A stretch of DNA of 36,453 bases from Salisapilia sapeloensis CBS 127946 (Eukaryota > Protista > Oomycota): assembly GCA_023334545.1 (NCBI GenBank), contig JAADVB010000197.1:1-36453 (forward strand), read 5' to 3'. Below the pieces are notes generated by a model. That model worked only from the letters and a program-made list of their open reading frames with translations, was not told the origin of the DNA and searched no databases. A program made the position numbers and the translations under genes. Positions 20,925 to 34,937 of the stretch are shown piece by piece. Each line of letters opens with the position of its first letter. Position 1 is the stretch's first letter.

Positions 20925-23900
20925 ATGGGTCAAGCTCAGTCACAGGATGCAGTGGCAGCTACTAGTCAAACAGTGCGACCAGCTTTACTTGAGATTGACA
21001 CGCTTGATTATTTGAAGCGAGCTGAAAGCAGATTGTGGAGGGATCCTTCGCAGCACGTATACGAAGATACTGGCAAACGGGATGACTCTCCAACAGAGTC
21101 ATTTTCAATTAATGAAAGTGATCGATCTTACCTGAAACAAGCAAATGAAGAGATACAACTTCCAGACCGAGCACGTTCCATGGTATATTTCGACTTGGAC
21201 TTTGGCTCATCAATCATGACAAATTAGTTGATTTAAACGCGACATAGACGATAGAAGAAGCACTGAAAGAATTACCAGACCTATTGGATGAACGGTGGGT
21301 AGCTCCCCTTGTCGCCTCAATGGACACTTCCGACGTTACAGTTCAAAGAGCAGCTCTCGGTTTACTGCCAAAAGTCCTCGTCACCGGTACTGCTACATTC
21401 ATAGAGATCTTAAAGCATGGCTATTAACACAGTCTTCCTAACGATAGTTTCTTCGCAATTAATATTTTCTGACGTCGGTGGATTGTCGAAGCTGGTGGAT
21501 TTGATTGGAACAGAGACCGATGCGATTTGTATACTTGCGATTGATGTCCTTCTCGCCATGCTGACTTTGCACAGTAAACTCAAATATCTCTTTGTTTGCG
21601 TAGTACACACTTATTCATCGATCGCATACAATGAATAGTTCCTGCTTCTATCGTCGAAGAACTATGTGGATTAAACGTAATGTCCAAGCTGACAAAGCTG
21701 CTTTCAAGCGATCGAGAGGATTTGGTGATTAAAGCACTACAGATTTTTCAACTCCTTTCGCACGAACGTAAGTAGACTCTTTTGTTCGTACCTATATGCA
21801 TACTGTGACATAACCTTGTTTCCCACTTATAAAATACTCGTAGAGATTGCAAGGGAAAGACTAGGAAGAGCAGATACATTAGCTTCAATTATCAGCTTGA
21901 GCGATGATAAAACACCCAAGATTGCGCGTGAATCTATCATTGCTCTCGGTTGCGCCCTTCCAAACGGTATGACATATAGCTATTTTATTCCTGTGCGTCA
22001 CTGACCTCTTCTGCGGTGTTATCTGTTATTGTAGCTGAGAATTTAAGACAAGTTGTGGAGGCCGGTTGTATTCATTCTTTACTCCGAGATCTAGAGCCAT
22101 TTAATGCGAACGCCGATGTCATCATATTCACGCTCTCTGTCATTGCAGATCAGTCCGGAGCGGATGCTCATTTTGATGTGGATGAAACCTGCCAGAAGCT
22201 AAACGCGATATTGGAAACCTTGCGAGGTGGTACAAAGCGATCACCGATAGCAAGATCGACCTGCTACTTCATCGCTAGTCTGTCTCAATCCACACGTTTC
22301 CATGTGCAAGTATGCACACCATTTACTATCGCTACGCTTTCAAGTTTCCTAACAACTGGAGCTGCTGACGTGATTTCAGCATCTATTTATGCTATTGGCA
22401 TGATCGCAATGAACGCCAATAACAGTGACATTGCGTTGTCGCTGTTTGCAGGAGATTTATCAAGCCACTTACTATATCTCCTTCAGTCACCACAGGACAC
22501 GATTAATCGGCTCTGTATCTTTGCACTTGCCAATATGCTCGATGGTACGATCATCCTACCTAGCGGGTGTAGTGTGAAAGCCGAGCCTCTTGTCGTTTCA
22601 CTCGATCTAACCAACGCCATCAAGGATGTTGTCACGAAAGTAGTTGATGATTCCACTGCAGTGGATGTTCTTTTTAAATACGTCTTAAAGGCCAATGCAG
22701 TGGGTGCTGGCTTTGCAACTGTACTACTTGCTTCCTTAAGCTCCCAAGTACCCATTCAAAAGCAATGTTGTACTGACAAATACGTTTCTTGCTTCATCAC
22801 GTGCATGCCAAATGCTGCGGGACGGTTGCTAACAAGCTGCTTCCAGTTCCTTCTTGAAATGACCAGTTCATCCTTGTCGTTTAAAGCCAACGCCACGGTG
22901 TCAGCTCGTGATAAAAGCTACCTGATCTCCGTACATACGAGCGTATCGGACATTATAAGCGCAAAGTTACACTTCGTGAACGACTGTACGACCTTGATCG
23001 AATCGCATACAGCCTCGCAGTTGATCGGACTACCACTCTTGCTTAAACAATTTGTATTTAGCTCGATGGTGTTCAAGGAACATGCTACGAATCGAGTCCT
23101 GCTCGACAAAGTTGTGACTATGGCAACAAAACTTGGAAATAACACTTTACATCGGCATGTACTGTTGTTTCTGGATGAATTGACGAATCAGAAGAACAAA
23201 CGCGCTCGACAGATATTATTCGAACAAAACCCTGAACGTGTGGCAAATTTCTTGTACTCCTCAGACGTTCAGGTACAAATGCTAGCAGCTCGAGTTCTTC
23301 GTCGGGTGTTCAAAGTCAATAATGACACGACTGTGCCGTGTGATGCTACATTTCGACAGCTCGTGAGACTAACTGGGGATGCTAATGTCGATGTTGCGCT
23401 CTGCGTTGCTGCATGTCGAGTATGGAAGAACCTCTTATTGCACACAGATAAGCAGGAGACAATGGCGAAGACGGAAAATGCTCTATACAATGCATTTAGT
23501 CTTTTGAAGCGATGTATTGCAGTACAATCCGAGGTGAGCTCATCAGCCAATGTTCGGAACTTAGTGCACGTTCTTGAAACGCTTCAAAGGGCAGCAACTA
23601 ACGAGTTGTGCCGAATTAAATGCGTGCAAGTTCCGCACTGGGTATGCATCCATGCTATGTTCTCTTGCAATGACCATCGTGTTGCTCGATTGGCAGTAAA
23701 TGTAGTACAAGCTCTAGCACAGACCCCATCCATTCGCGTTCAACTGTGTCTGTCGCCTATCCTACAAGCCACTGAAAGCTTGTTGACAACCACCGAAACA
23801 CAGCGAGCAATTGCAAGCAATGTGGAAGCACTAAAACTCGTCAAGTTGCTTTGCCTCAACAATCCAAGTACTCAACAGCTACATCTTGATTATGGAATTG

Positions 23901-26900
23901 CAACGTCACTTGTAAAGCTGCTTGAGTCGCGGTTAGTCACCCTTGATAAAGGGGTACTTATCGGTGTTCTTGATGCCATAGCTTCTCTATGTAGCAAACG
24001 CACATCACCAGTAACAAAAGTCATTGGAACGAGGGAGGTTATGGATTTAATTAATTCTCACCTTACATCATCAAGCACTGGAGTGATTGAAGCTGCTAGT
24101 TGCGTGCTGAAAAACATAAGTCATGAAAATGGCGTTCAGGTCGTGATGGAACAGTCGAACACGGCGGCAGTTATCATTAAAGCCTTAGAACTAAAGTCTA
24201 CTGCCTATATTGCCCAATACCTCTGCGCAGCCATACGACATCTCGTCCACGACCACGATCGCATTCGATCGCAATTTCAAGCTGTTGATGGAATCGATGC
24301 ACTTATCCAGACAGCAGTAGAACCAATAGCTGGGGCCTCAGCAATAGATATGCTACGTGTCCAAAAGAAATCTCTGCAAGCATTGAACGCTATTTGTACC
24401 GGAGACAGTGAAGCTGCTATGTCGAGCAAAGAAAAAGTCCTTACCTGTGCTTGTTCTTCCAAGCTACTGTATCTCGTCCATACCGAGTCAGACGTTGAAG
24501 TCTGTGCAGCGTGGTGCCAAGCTATGGGTTCGTCAGCAGAACATTGTGCTTCGAATCAGAGTCAATTGCTTGGTGTTCATGGAGTTTGTAAGCTCCTCGT
24601 GTCGTTTGGAGAGAAATCAGAGGCTGTCAACTTGCAGATGTATGCTATGCGATTACTTTCTATCCTTGCAACAAAGCCAACGAATAGTCGCTGGATAATG
24701 GAAACTTCCAGTCAAGGCATTGTTGATGCAGTTACCGTAGCTATGAGCGGGTCTAGTTCAGAGACTCAGCATTACGCTGTTAGCGTTTTGATTCACCTTG
24801 CTGCTTCGGGGGATGAAGCAAGAAGTAAAATAGGTGTTATGGGCGTTTTGGAGCCACTGTCTGATCTATTGGAGTCACCCACTCCACGCGTCGTGTTATC
24901 TGTCTTGATGGCATTCGCAGAGCTCGGGAAGTTTCTTGGAAATAAAGTCATCATAGGAACGACCCGTAACTTTGAGCGGCTCCTTGCACTTCTTGTCCAT
25001 GCTGACGATAGTGTTAGAAAGCTTGCCATACATTGCATCGATGCTTTGGTCCAAGCGAATGAAACAAATTGTTTGCACTTAACGCAGATAAGAACGGTCG
25101 CCGTCTTACCCATGTTTTGTCGTCTGCTGGAGGATTCTAATGCAGATATAGTTGAAAGTGCCATGATTGTGCTAGGAGAATTAGGTGTGCATGCCGATGA
25201 AGGGCAGCTTCTTTCAGAAAGTATCAATATCCGACTTGTTATCCAGCTTATGCATAGCACTCGTGCTTCAGTTCGATGTGCAGCCTTAAAAGCGCTACTC
25301 CATGTCATTACTTCATCTCCACTTCTATTTAATTTCCACATTGACGACGGGTTAGAAGCACTAGCGCAGTGCATCAATTCAGATGACCTGCAGGCAGTCA
25401 AGTTAGCAGTGAGCTGTACTGCAGCGTTATCAGAATCTGTCGGGAGAATCGAAAAGATCTCTCAGCAAGGACTATTTCGTCTACTAGTATCTATGCTCGA
25501 AGATACATTAGCAGCGAATAGTTACGGTGCTTGGCGAAAGCTACGTGAAGAGTGTGAGTTGTCGAAAGAGTCGACGAAAGAGGAAATTAACATGGATGCT
25601 AGCTTGTATAACCACACGCGCACAAAAGTGTTAGAACAATCTTTATTGACAATCCAACATTGTGCCGAGCAGCTACGTCATGACTGGGTTATTTCGGAGC
25701 ATAACGTCATCCTTATCTGCAATTGTCTCGCGGGATCAGCAAGTGATATCGTACATAGCTGTGCTTGCTACATACTAGCATGTTGGTGCAAAGGCGACCA
25801 AAATCTCTTGTCCGTCGCAACAGAACACGGTGTAATTTCCGCTACGATCCAGCTGCTGTCTATGCGAGACAAGAGCATCGTCGAAAGTGCTCTTTACTGT
25901 TTGTCCAAGCTTTGCCCGTATCCAGACAACGTGACTGAAATGCTCGAACTTGATATCCTGGCTATCTTACAAAACATATTAAGAGAATGTCTTGCTGTAC
26001 TAAACCTTCCTGGTGTTTTAGATCGATGCCTGCGACTACTCGGTAACCTCGCATCCGTCGCCAAAGTTCGACAAGCACTTCGATCGGAAGAGTTGGTGGC
26101 AGACATTTTAACGTCCATTCTGGAGAATTGCCCCTTGGTGTCGAAAAACTGCTCTCGACTGGTGCTGACACTGCTACAGGAAGAATCACTCAAGTTCTTC
26201 ATGCCGAAGAAAACCGTAAGAGCATTGCGGTCTGTGCTAATAGATGAGGAATGTCCACCAAAAGCGACCCGGAATATCCTCAAGATATACATTCACCTTG
26301 TGTCGGTGGAAGAGCATAAGACAACGATAGCGTTAGAAGATGACGGCAAGTCTGTAGCAGTCTTCATTTCACAACTCGATCTCGATCTCGATCTCGATCC
26401 TATATCCATCCAACAGAATATTAACCAAGGCCCTCTTCCTGAAAATGCAATTGCTGTCCTACAGATATTAGCTTCTGTGTCTTGCAAACCCAAAGTAGCG
26501 AGTTTACTCCACCAGCATCGCATATACCACCTACTTGCTCGTTATCTCATCTGTGTGACGTTCACATCGGATCTGAAGTTACAAGATATTAAAGAAGAAA
26601 TTCCTCGAGGAGACGAACTACTTATGCAGACTAATACTATAGAGAGGTCAAACGTCAATGCTCTAGTCATCGCAAAGGATATTTGCCAAGCTATTGGGGA
26701 TGAAGCAGTTGAAACATGTTCTAGGCTGGACTACAGTCAATTGCTACTACACGTATTGCGCAGTCGAATGAGTCATAAAGCTATCGATCAGATCACAACC
26801 GAGTGCTTACAAGTGTTAGGCATACTATCTCGGATGAATCACGATATGAACATATTCTTCGTTGAATCTGCGCATGACATTGTGTATTTCTATCTAGATT

Positions 26901-29900
26901 TGGCTCTCGAACAGTCGAGCTCTCTTTTGAAAGATCCAGAGAGTGATACAAGTAAAAGCTCTCAACTGCTTCGAAGATACACTATGCCTTCTCTAGTCAC
27001 GGTTGTACTTGCAATGGCAACACATGTAGATTGTCGGTTGAACTGCATTGAAAAGGATGGTGTCCGGATCGTGTTAAGTGCTGCAGGAGCACTAATTTCG
27101 GAGGCATCCTTGGCTGAAGTATTGCTGGATGCTTGTGTACTGCTCACAGATGATGATCGAGCTATCTCTTGGCTCGAAAAGGAAGATGTGATGCCAACTT
27201 TATTTAAAACTCTAGCTGTCCACGACACTTCTACGCGTTTACTGCTTCGAGGAATATCTGTGTGTGCGAATATTCTCAAGAGATCGAAGCAAAATTGCTT
27301 AAATATTCTCGGGTTACAGCGTCCGTGTGCAATCTCCTTCTTGTTGCAGTTTTTGCTTCCACAAACAGTGGAACAGCGCGAGCTTGCTCACGGAATTGCT
27401 GTTTGCTTTTTCTACCTCTCTTACGAACCAGGCGTGCTGGATAAAATAGGTAAACTAGGCATGCTCCCTCTTTTCACCTCGCTCTTACTCAAGCTGGATG
27501 ATGCAAGAACAGAGCTATATCTGTTGGAAATATTAAGCCGAACACTGAGAGCTGGGTATGTTGAAAAGCTAAAATTGACAAAAGAAAGCATCGATAAATT
27601 GATCGATATCGTCGTTAATCCATCATCCGAGGACTCTCAATGTTTATCGATGCATATCATTCTGCAAATTCTGTCTTCAGGGTGTAAATTGGCCGTTTGT
27701 GCTTATCTAGTCGACGATAAAAGCTCTCTCGATGTCGTTATACGTTTCTCTTCGCAAGTTCTAGATGTATCAAACACTACGTCTAATCAACTTTTTGTCT
27801 CATCATTGCAGATTTTGTGTATCTTGGTAGACTATCAAACACAAGTACAAGACTATGTCATTGCAAAAGAGTTGGATGGACAGTTTGGGGACATGTTGGA
27901 CGATGTTGAGCAAGAGGTCAACGCATCGGCATTACATCTTCTATCGACATTGTTAGCAAGACGTCATGCAAAGCAGCAGGCTATGAGTGAAGAGGATGGT
28001 AATGACAAGTCTAATTGGATACAAGTGTGGGACCAGTTGATGGAGTGGATGGAAGTTTATGCGAGCGAGCCTCAGACGTGTCCTATTGAAAGTTTAGCAG
28101 ACTTTCATAAGTGCGTGTATTTCCTAACGTCTTACCCTTTGATCGCGACAACTCGTCTTCATGCAGATACTGCCGACCGACTTTATCATATTGCAGCCGA
28201 GTCATTAATTTTTTTCGCTCCAAACTTCGAAGCACTTGATAAAACCAAGCTACTAAGTAAAAGACGAAAAAGTCAAGCTCTCAAGCAGATTGCAAGTAAC
28301 GATGCGTTGATGATCGCAGCAAGGTATGCATACCTTTGCATTCCTAACATCATCGCATGTGGAACAATTCCAATGGCAGCAGAGCACATTCCAGCCGAAT
28401 TTGCCATGATGATACGTGATTCATTTACAAACGATAACTTGCAAGTGGTTGCAGCTAGTCTTACCTGTTGCAACCACTTAATCCTTGCTAGCTCTGTAAA
28501 CTTATCCACCATCGCAAACTTACAGCTCATCGCTCGACTTCACCCACTACTCCTGCTTCATGGAAATGTGGATGTTGTAGTTGAGGCAGTCATTTTGCTA
28601 GCATTACTTTCAAAAGAAAGTATTTGTCGTATGAACATGCTACAGGAAGATAGATTATTGACTGGTGCGATTGACTTAATTGATAGCCATGTAATCGTCG
28701 AGGATAACACTCGCCAACTCATTACAGCAAATGCATGTGAAATGTTCCTTTCTCTTTTAGATGAAAAGGAAGGATCGGTTCGGATTCTGGAAAAGGTTGG
28801 CATGACTCAACGACTGATTGAAAAACTACCTGGATGCTCATGCTCTGAATTGATCTTAAAAGTGCTCTGCAAGTTGTCTGGAGATCAAGCAAGTCACCAC
28901 TCTTTGTATGAGGGTACGTCGGTATTGGCCCGGTTGGTACGTAATCAAACGTCCTTACCTTCCAAGTCAGTATACCATCTAGTCTCCATCCTGCGAAATG
29001 TCATGGAAGGTTTGGACCATGCAAAAGACAGTATTAAGAAAATAAAGCTGTCATCCGAGCTGATATTGCCGAACCTACTGCCTCTCACGCGGTGGGGTTT
29101 GCAATTCAATTGCAGTGTTATTGAAACGGTATTAGAGATAGTAAGACGATGCTGTCATTCTCCAATAATGAAGATGCAAGTAAACGATGGTGAAAGCATA
29201 TACCATGCGATTGAACTGACAGGATGTAGACATCTACCAGTAGCCATGAAAGCTGCTCTAGTATTGCTTGCACTCATTGATGAACCAAAGATTTGTGCCA
29301 CCATCATTGTAAATGACGGCATGCCTCGTCTTGTTCAAATCATGAAAGAAGCCATAGATCCTAGTCTACAGTGTCTCCTTCTCTCCATCCATGTCAAAAT
29401 GATGAAGGATGATGAAGTTCAGTCTATAATACTTACGAACGACATGTTGTCGACATTGCTAATGTACATCAGAGAAAGCGATTATCGTAACTCTGTACAT
29501 GAAGAGAGGCTAGCGTTAAGTACTCTCGTGTTGGTATTGCTATCAAGGTATCCGCAAGCATCTTCTTTGTTCATTGCAAACGATGGACTGACGCCACTTA
29601 TCAACCTACATAATCGAGGTTCGGATAACGATGATACTGAGCATGAATCAACTACACTAGAGATCTTATCAAACCTATCTGCTTTCAAGAATACTGCAGT
29701 AGCTCTTAATGCGTCGGGGGTGCTGCCTATTTTCTGTAGTCACCTGACAGGAAACAGCAAAACGAATGTTTTGAAATGTCGTCTACTCAGCATGAAGGGA
29801 TTACGGTCATTATGTCTGTCCGTACCACCTTCCGAATGGAATATAATTAACTACTCGGAAGTCGCTACTACAGCCGAAACTCTTCTGAGTGATGCAAGTG

Positions 29901-32900
29901 CTGATCTTCGATATGCAGCTTTTCAACTGCTAGGTTCTATTGCTACATCGATCAAAGGCGTTATATTTCTCATGGAGCATTGTACTCCTTTTCTGACATC
30001 GCATCTCATTCGCTTCCACAATAAGTTTACTGCTAGTGTAGAAGTCTCATTTGGTCATCAGAAAGTAAATGATGACATAATAGAGCTGCTAGCCGCTATA
30101 TTGAATGGTACATACGCGGCTGGAAAAACGAAGGATTGGAAGTTGGACAATCTTAATTTGATTGCTGATGTTCTGGGTTATCATATCCTTGACGAAAGTC
30201 ATCCATCTCGCCAAACTCATGCGTTGCAGCTTCTTCGATGGTCTTTCGAACGTGACTACTACATACAACTACCGTTTGGTGTTCTTTGTGCCATTATTAA
30301 TGCCACTGTATCGAGTGCAGAAGAATCGAATGTGGAAACCTCGATATCGATTATATCCTTGCTGTTTACAAAAGCACTGACGTGTCCAGAGTACGTGCCT
30401 GAAATTGAACATGCTGTCAGCACACTGATTACTGTAAACGTTCGATGTGAACCAACAACGACTAGCGCAGCTATAATACCTACTCTTACTTGTGCCGCCC
30501 GCTTAGTACTCCAGAGCGGGTATCCGTCTAATCTAGACAGTGATTGCTGCTATAATATCGTAGAGATATTAGCTCGCTTTGCTGCGGATGGTCGTGCCAT
30601 GTTAGCGCAGGACAAAGCAGAATTAATTGACACGTTGTGCTTACTACTCGAATCTCTTCTTAAAGGGACATGGGAAGATCCTGGCTTTCTGTTCGACGCA
30701 ATTCAAGCATCAAAAGCGATGGAAACGATTTTCTATCGGATTCTGCACATCCACGACTCTATCTGCAGTAACTCACAAAGCAGTGAAGGTCCAACTAACT
30801 TTCATGCGATTTGGACTTTAGCTATCGATGTCCTGCATGCGTCGTCACGAAATGCATCAACTTACTTGCTATTATTAGCTCCACTACCTAAATGGTTGTG
30901 TTTGATCAATGATATCATTGTCAAAGTATCTTCTAGTTTGTTGGATGTATCAACCTCTATGAATAACGCACACTGCAGGGATAAAGTAACTCGCGATGAA
31001 CGCGTACTAATCAACTGCTGCCAAACCCTTAAGTGGCTGTCGGAAGGTGATAGCGACAACAGTAGCAAGGCGGGGATATCTGAACTCCATGTCTCCGTCT
31101 TTAGCAATCTGCTTATCTTGTTTATCCTGCCACCAATGTATCACCCACGTCCTCTGCAGTTGCTTCTATTTCCACTTGTGCGATGCATAAATAGACATGG
31201 AAATTTAGACTTCATAAAAGCTTGTGAGGAATGTCCCCAAATGCAAGCTATTGTTCATGTATGGTCTGCGATGTTTTATGAAGAAGCAGAGGAGTGGACA
31301 CCTATTCTAGGGATGCTACTCCAGCTTTTAGTGGTATTTGTAGATGATAAAAGGTTGGCACATTCTTTCGTTGAAGCTAATCTTCATATCGGAATTAAGC
31401 ACATACAGCACAAGTCTGTAGAGTTTTCGCAACCAATTGCGACTATATTGAGAAAAATCGGAATGTCCGAGGATGTAGATGAGCAAGTTGAGATTGCTTT
31501 GACAAAATTACATGCAGCGAGGAAAAGCCATGAATGCGAAGACGTTGCGAAGGAGCTTTCACTATTGGTAAAGATACTGTTGAATGAAGCTATCGCCGAC
31601 AATGACCTGTTGGTGCGAGTACAGAATGACTTGATGACAGTTCTTGCAGAAAGTGATAGTGATACAGGATATAAGAAATGTCGTAGTTTGTGTCTGCAAG
31701 GGTTGAACAGACTCTCAGTTGTTCAAGCTGAGTTTGCAAGTGACTTTACTCATCGATGGGAGATAGCAGACTTATTCCAAATAGCTTTTGCAGATGCCAA
31801 CATGGATTCTCAAGAAGGCATGTATGCAAAGTCAACGGTACTTGAGATCTCATCTCAATTGTACTCTGCTGTGAAGTATGAGAAAGGTGTGATCGACCAA
31901 GATATTGTGATCCGTGCACTCACAACATGTGAGAAGCTATCAGACAATGATATTACGCTATATAGAAGCTGCTTGAAGTTTATAGACTGGGTAACTGACA
32001 GTAAGGATGGTTTACTGATCGTATGTTCCCAGCTTCGATATATCGAAAGCATTATCTCACTCTTTGTCCACACTGCATTGAGTGATGAAGACCTTACTGG
32101 GAAAATCATCACAAAGGTCATCGCGAAGGGTGAACCGCTGAAAGCAATCGTTGAATTGATGCTATCACTACTGGCTTTTATCTTTAAGAGTGCGTCATCA
32201 CTGTCTCTAAAGATGCGTGAGCAACTACTTGCGAACATTTTAAAAGCACTTGAACGCATGGGTCGGAATAAAATGACGGATAGCTCGAAATTTGACCGAG
32301 CAATCCGACTTGTTGCCTCCAATATATCTTCGCAAGACGAAATAGCACAGGAATGTAGCTGGAGACTTTTGACCAGTCTGTCTCGGTGGAGTGTGGCAGT
32401 TGCTGCGTTTGAAAAACTTGGCTGTATTCAGTCGGTAATTGAGATTTACCTTCACGACCCACTGGATAAGCGTCGGCATAGGGCATTAAAGTGTTTATCC
32501 TTTGCTGCTGGTGCACATGCTCAGACACTTGACAAAGTTGCTTCCACAACAAACATGGTGCAACAGCTCTTCAGTACGCTATGCGATGATACGCTTGATG
32601 GCTCGGTCCATTTGTATGCAATCAACTTATTCGCGACATTCGCATCGTCAGACATGCACAAATCTAGCCTTGTCACTACAGAGCATATAGCTAGTCTGAT
32701 CGAAGCGCTAGAATCTGTGCATACTAAAGTAGCATTTACATCACTGGAAATACTTTATAGCATTCGAGAATATCCAAAAACTCGAGACCTTCTGATTCAT
32801 CATGCAACTGTACCAGTGCTCGCTCAGCTCCTTTTGACGATGGACCAAAAAGAGGCTGTAGTGAAAAGAAGCAAAACAACGTGCGCATTGGGCCTCTTGG

Positions 32901-34288
32901 TTTGTATGTGCATAAAGAATAGGCAAGTGCGTCGACGTGTGGTATCCTCTCGCTTACTCCCAACGTTAAAAAACTGCTTAATGTCCGGAACATTGGAAGA
33001 TCAGTCTTATGCATTGGCAATTATCAAATGCATCGCTGAAGAAAGTGACCTTGTGCCTAAACTGAACGAGCAATCGATCATTTCGGTCATCGAATCCAAG
33101 TTGCAATCACTAGACGACGTTAGAATGATCGAAGATGCACTCAGTATCCTGCAATATGTGATTTCTACGTGTCCAGCTTCAGTATGGAAAGGAGATACAC
33201 CAATCGACGGTCTGATTTCTCAAGTTACTGCAATTGTTAGTCAGTACACACGTCACGAAGAAGTTTCTTTGTCTGCTGTGAAAGTATTGGAAGCACTCAC
33301 TGCACCTCAGCACAGCGAACACATCGCCGGTGCTTTCGATTCCAAAGGCGTAGTAGATATCTGCATCGATCGCCTTGGTAGCGCAAATCCAACGTTGAGG
33401 CTTGCTTGCTTACGCATTATTGTCTACTGGACATCAGTAACGAGTGATTTGATCTTGTTAGAGCAGAGGTTTGAAAAGCCTCGCTTGATGTTGCTTGTGG
33501 AACAGCTCTCTGAGAGCAACGGAAATGGGCAGCTACTATCGCTTCAGGTCATTGAAAAGCTGTTGAAGTCCGAAGGGCTTCGTTCACAACTTGTTTCATT
33601 AGCCTATGATATGTTGCTACGGATGGTGCAGAGCTACCCTAAGACTACCGATATCGAAACACTAGAGAAAACGCTCGGTGTTCTATCTACCATGACAAGC
33701 GCATCTGACGAAATCATTAAATCGATGACGACGTCTATTTTGCGAGCTGTTAGTTCTTTGGCACCTTTGCTAGACGATCCAACTTCAGATAAGATCAAGA
33801 TGCCTACATTGCACTTGCTCGTGCGCTATGCATCTTTCCTAGAAATTCGTCAATCAATGGTAGAAGGTGGTGTGCTGCCTTCTGTAGCTCGGCTATTAAT
33901 GTCCTCTAAAGATGACATGGAACTGCATCTAAGCTTACTGACTCTGGCCCAGCTCACGACATGTAATGTGTCCTCATGCCTTGACTGCTTAGTGGAAACT
34001 ATTCCAAGCATTGTTGGGCTTCTCAAGTCCAAAAGTCTAAGCATCAGTGCTAATGCAGTATGGGTAATAGCGAATCTAAGCAATGAAGGCAGACTGAAAG
34101 AAGTTATAATTGCAGCTGAAGGAGCCACAGCTTTACAAACTGTACTAAACGATACAACAAGTGAGAGCTCCAGTACACCATCAGTAACTACACCTAGAAG
34201 ACCCTCGTCTTCATCTCAACGAATTCGTGAGCATGCACCAAAAGCCATTCGGTCTCTTGGCTTTGACTTGATGCCACAAACAAAGTAG
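20925..34288 (+). CDS. Giant armadillo/HEAT-repeat protein, ~4342 aa, 6 exons, N-terminal myristoylation motif
   Basis: Exons 20925-21182, 21248-21386, 21448-21573, 21639-21767, 21844-21966 and 22035-34288 splice in frame (13029 nt). ARM-like units recur throughout, e.g. GVLEPLSDLLESPTPRVVLSVLMAFAEL, GGVLPSVARLLMSSK and IPSIVGLLKSKSLSISANAVWVIANL. The protein starts MGQAQS. Confidence 0.85.
26375..26398 (+). repeat. Coding hexamer microsatellite (CTCGAT)x4 encoding LDLDLDLD
   Basis: Read directly from the sequence: CTCGATCTCGATCTCGATCTCGAT. Confidence 0.85.
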
Positions 34289-34937
34289 TATAAATTTCTA
34301 TATAGCTCATACATCAGTACAAATAAAGTTAAATATAAGGCAAATTCAGATTTGCTTTAAGCTCGCATACCTCGGTGGAGTGAACTCGAATTGAAGATCA
34401 CTACTTCAGTAGATAGATATGAGAAAAGTGAATACACGAAGCAAGCTCATTGAGGCCATGCTTACATATTTGTGTTTGACTGAGAATAGTAAAGTGAAAA
34501 GAAAAGCGGTTGCTAAAGCTAGATTATAGGTACAATAAAAATATTGCTTTTTGTAGCTTGCACAAGACGGAAATGAGCATGACACAAGTCAATTGTCATA
34601 ACTTGGTGACTGGTTCGGACCCGATATATATGTCTTATCCAAAGGATATCGTCTCTCAAACTCGACACTTTCAGACCGAGCAAAAAATTGAGCTGGGTGT
34701 TTGACTATGTCGATTTCTTCAGTGTGATTGCGGGCATGAGCTACTTCGAAAGGCTGTTGGCTATAGAGTGAGATTGCATGTTGGGCCTGGCGTAACTGCG
34801 GATCGATTCGCTTGTATTTCTATTCCAGGTCATACTATTTGGTATGATAAAGTAACATCGAGTCACAGGATACGCCTCCAGTATAAATCCATGGAGCAAG
34901 ATAATTTCTTTCACTCGATTCGTTGCATTCCCTAACA

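Noticed and set aside
22483-34128. Short ORFs on both strands nested in the giant ARM exon
   Set aside because: Alternative-frame or antisense shadows of a 12-kb ORF.
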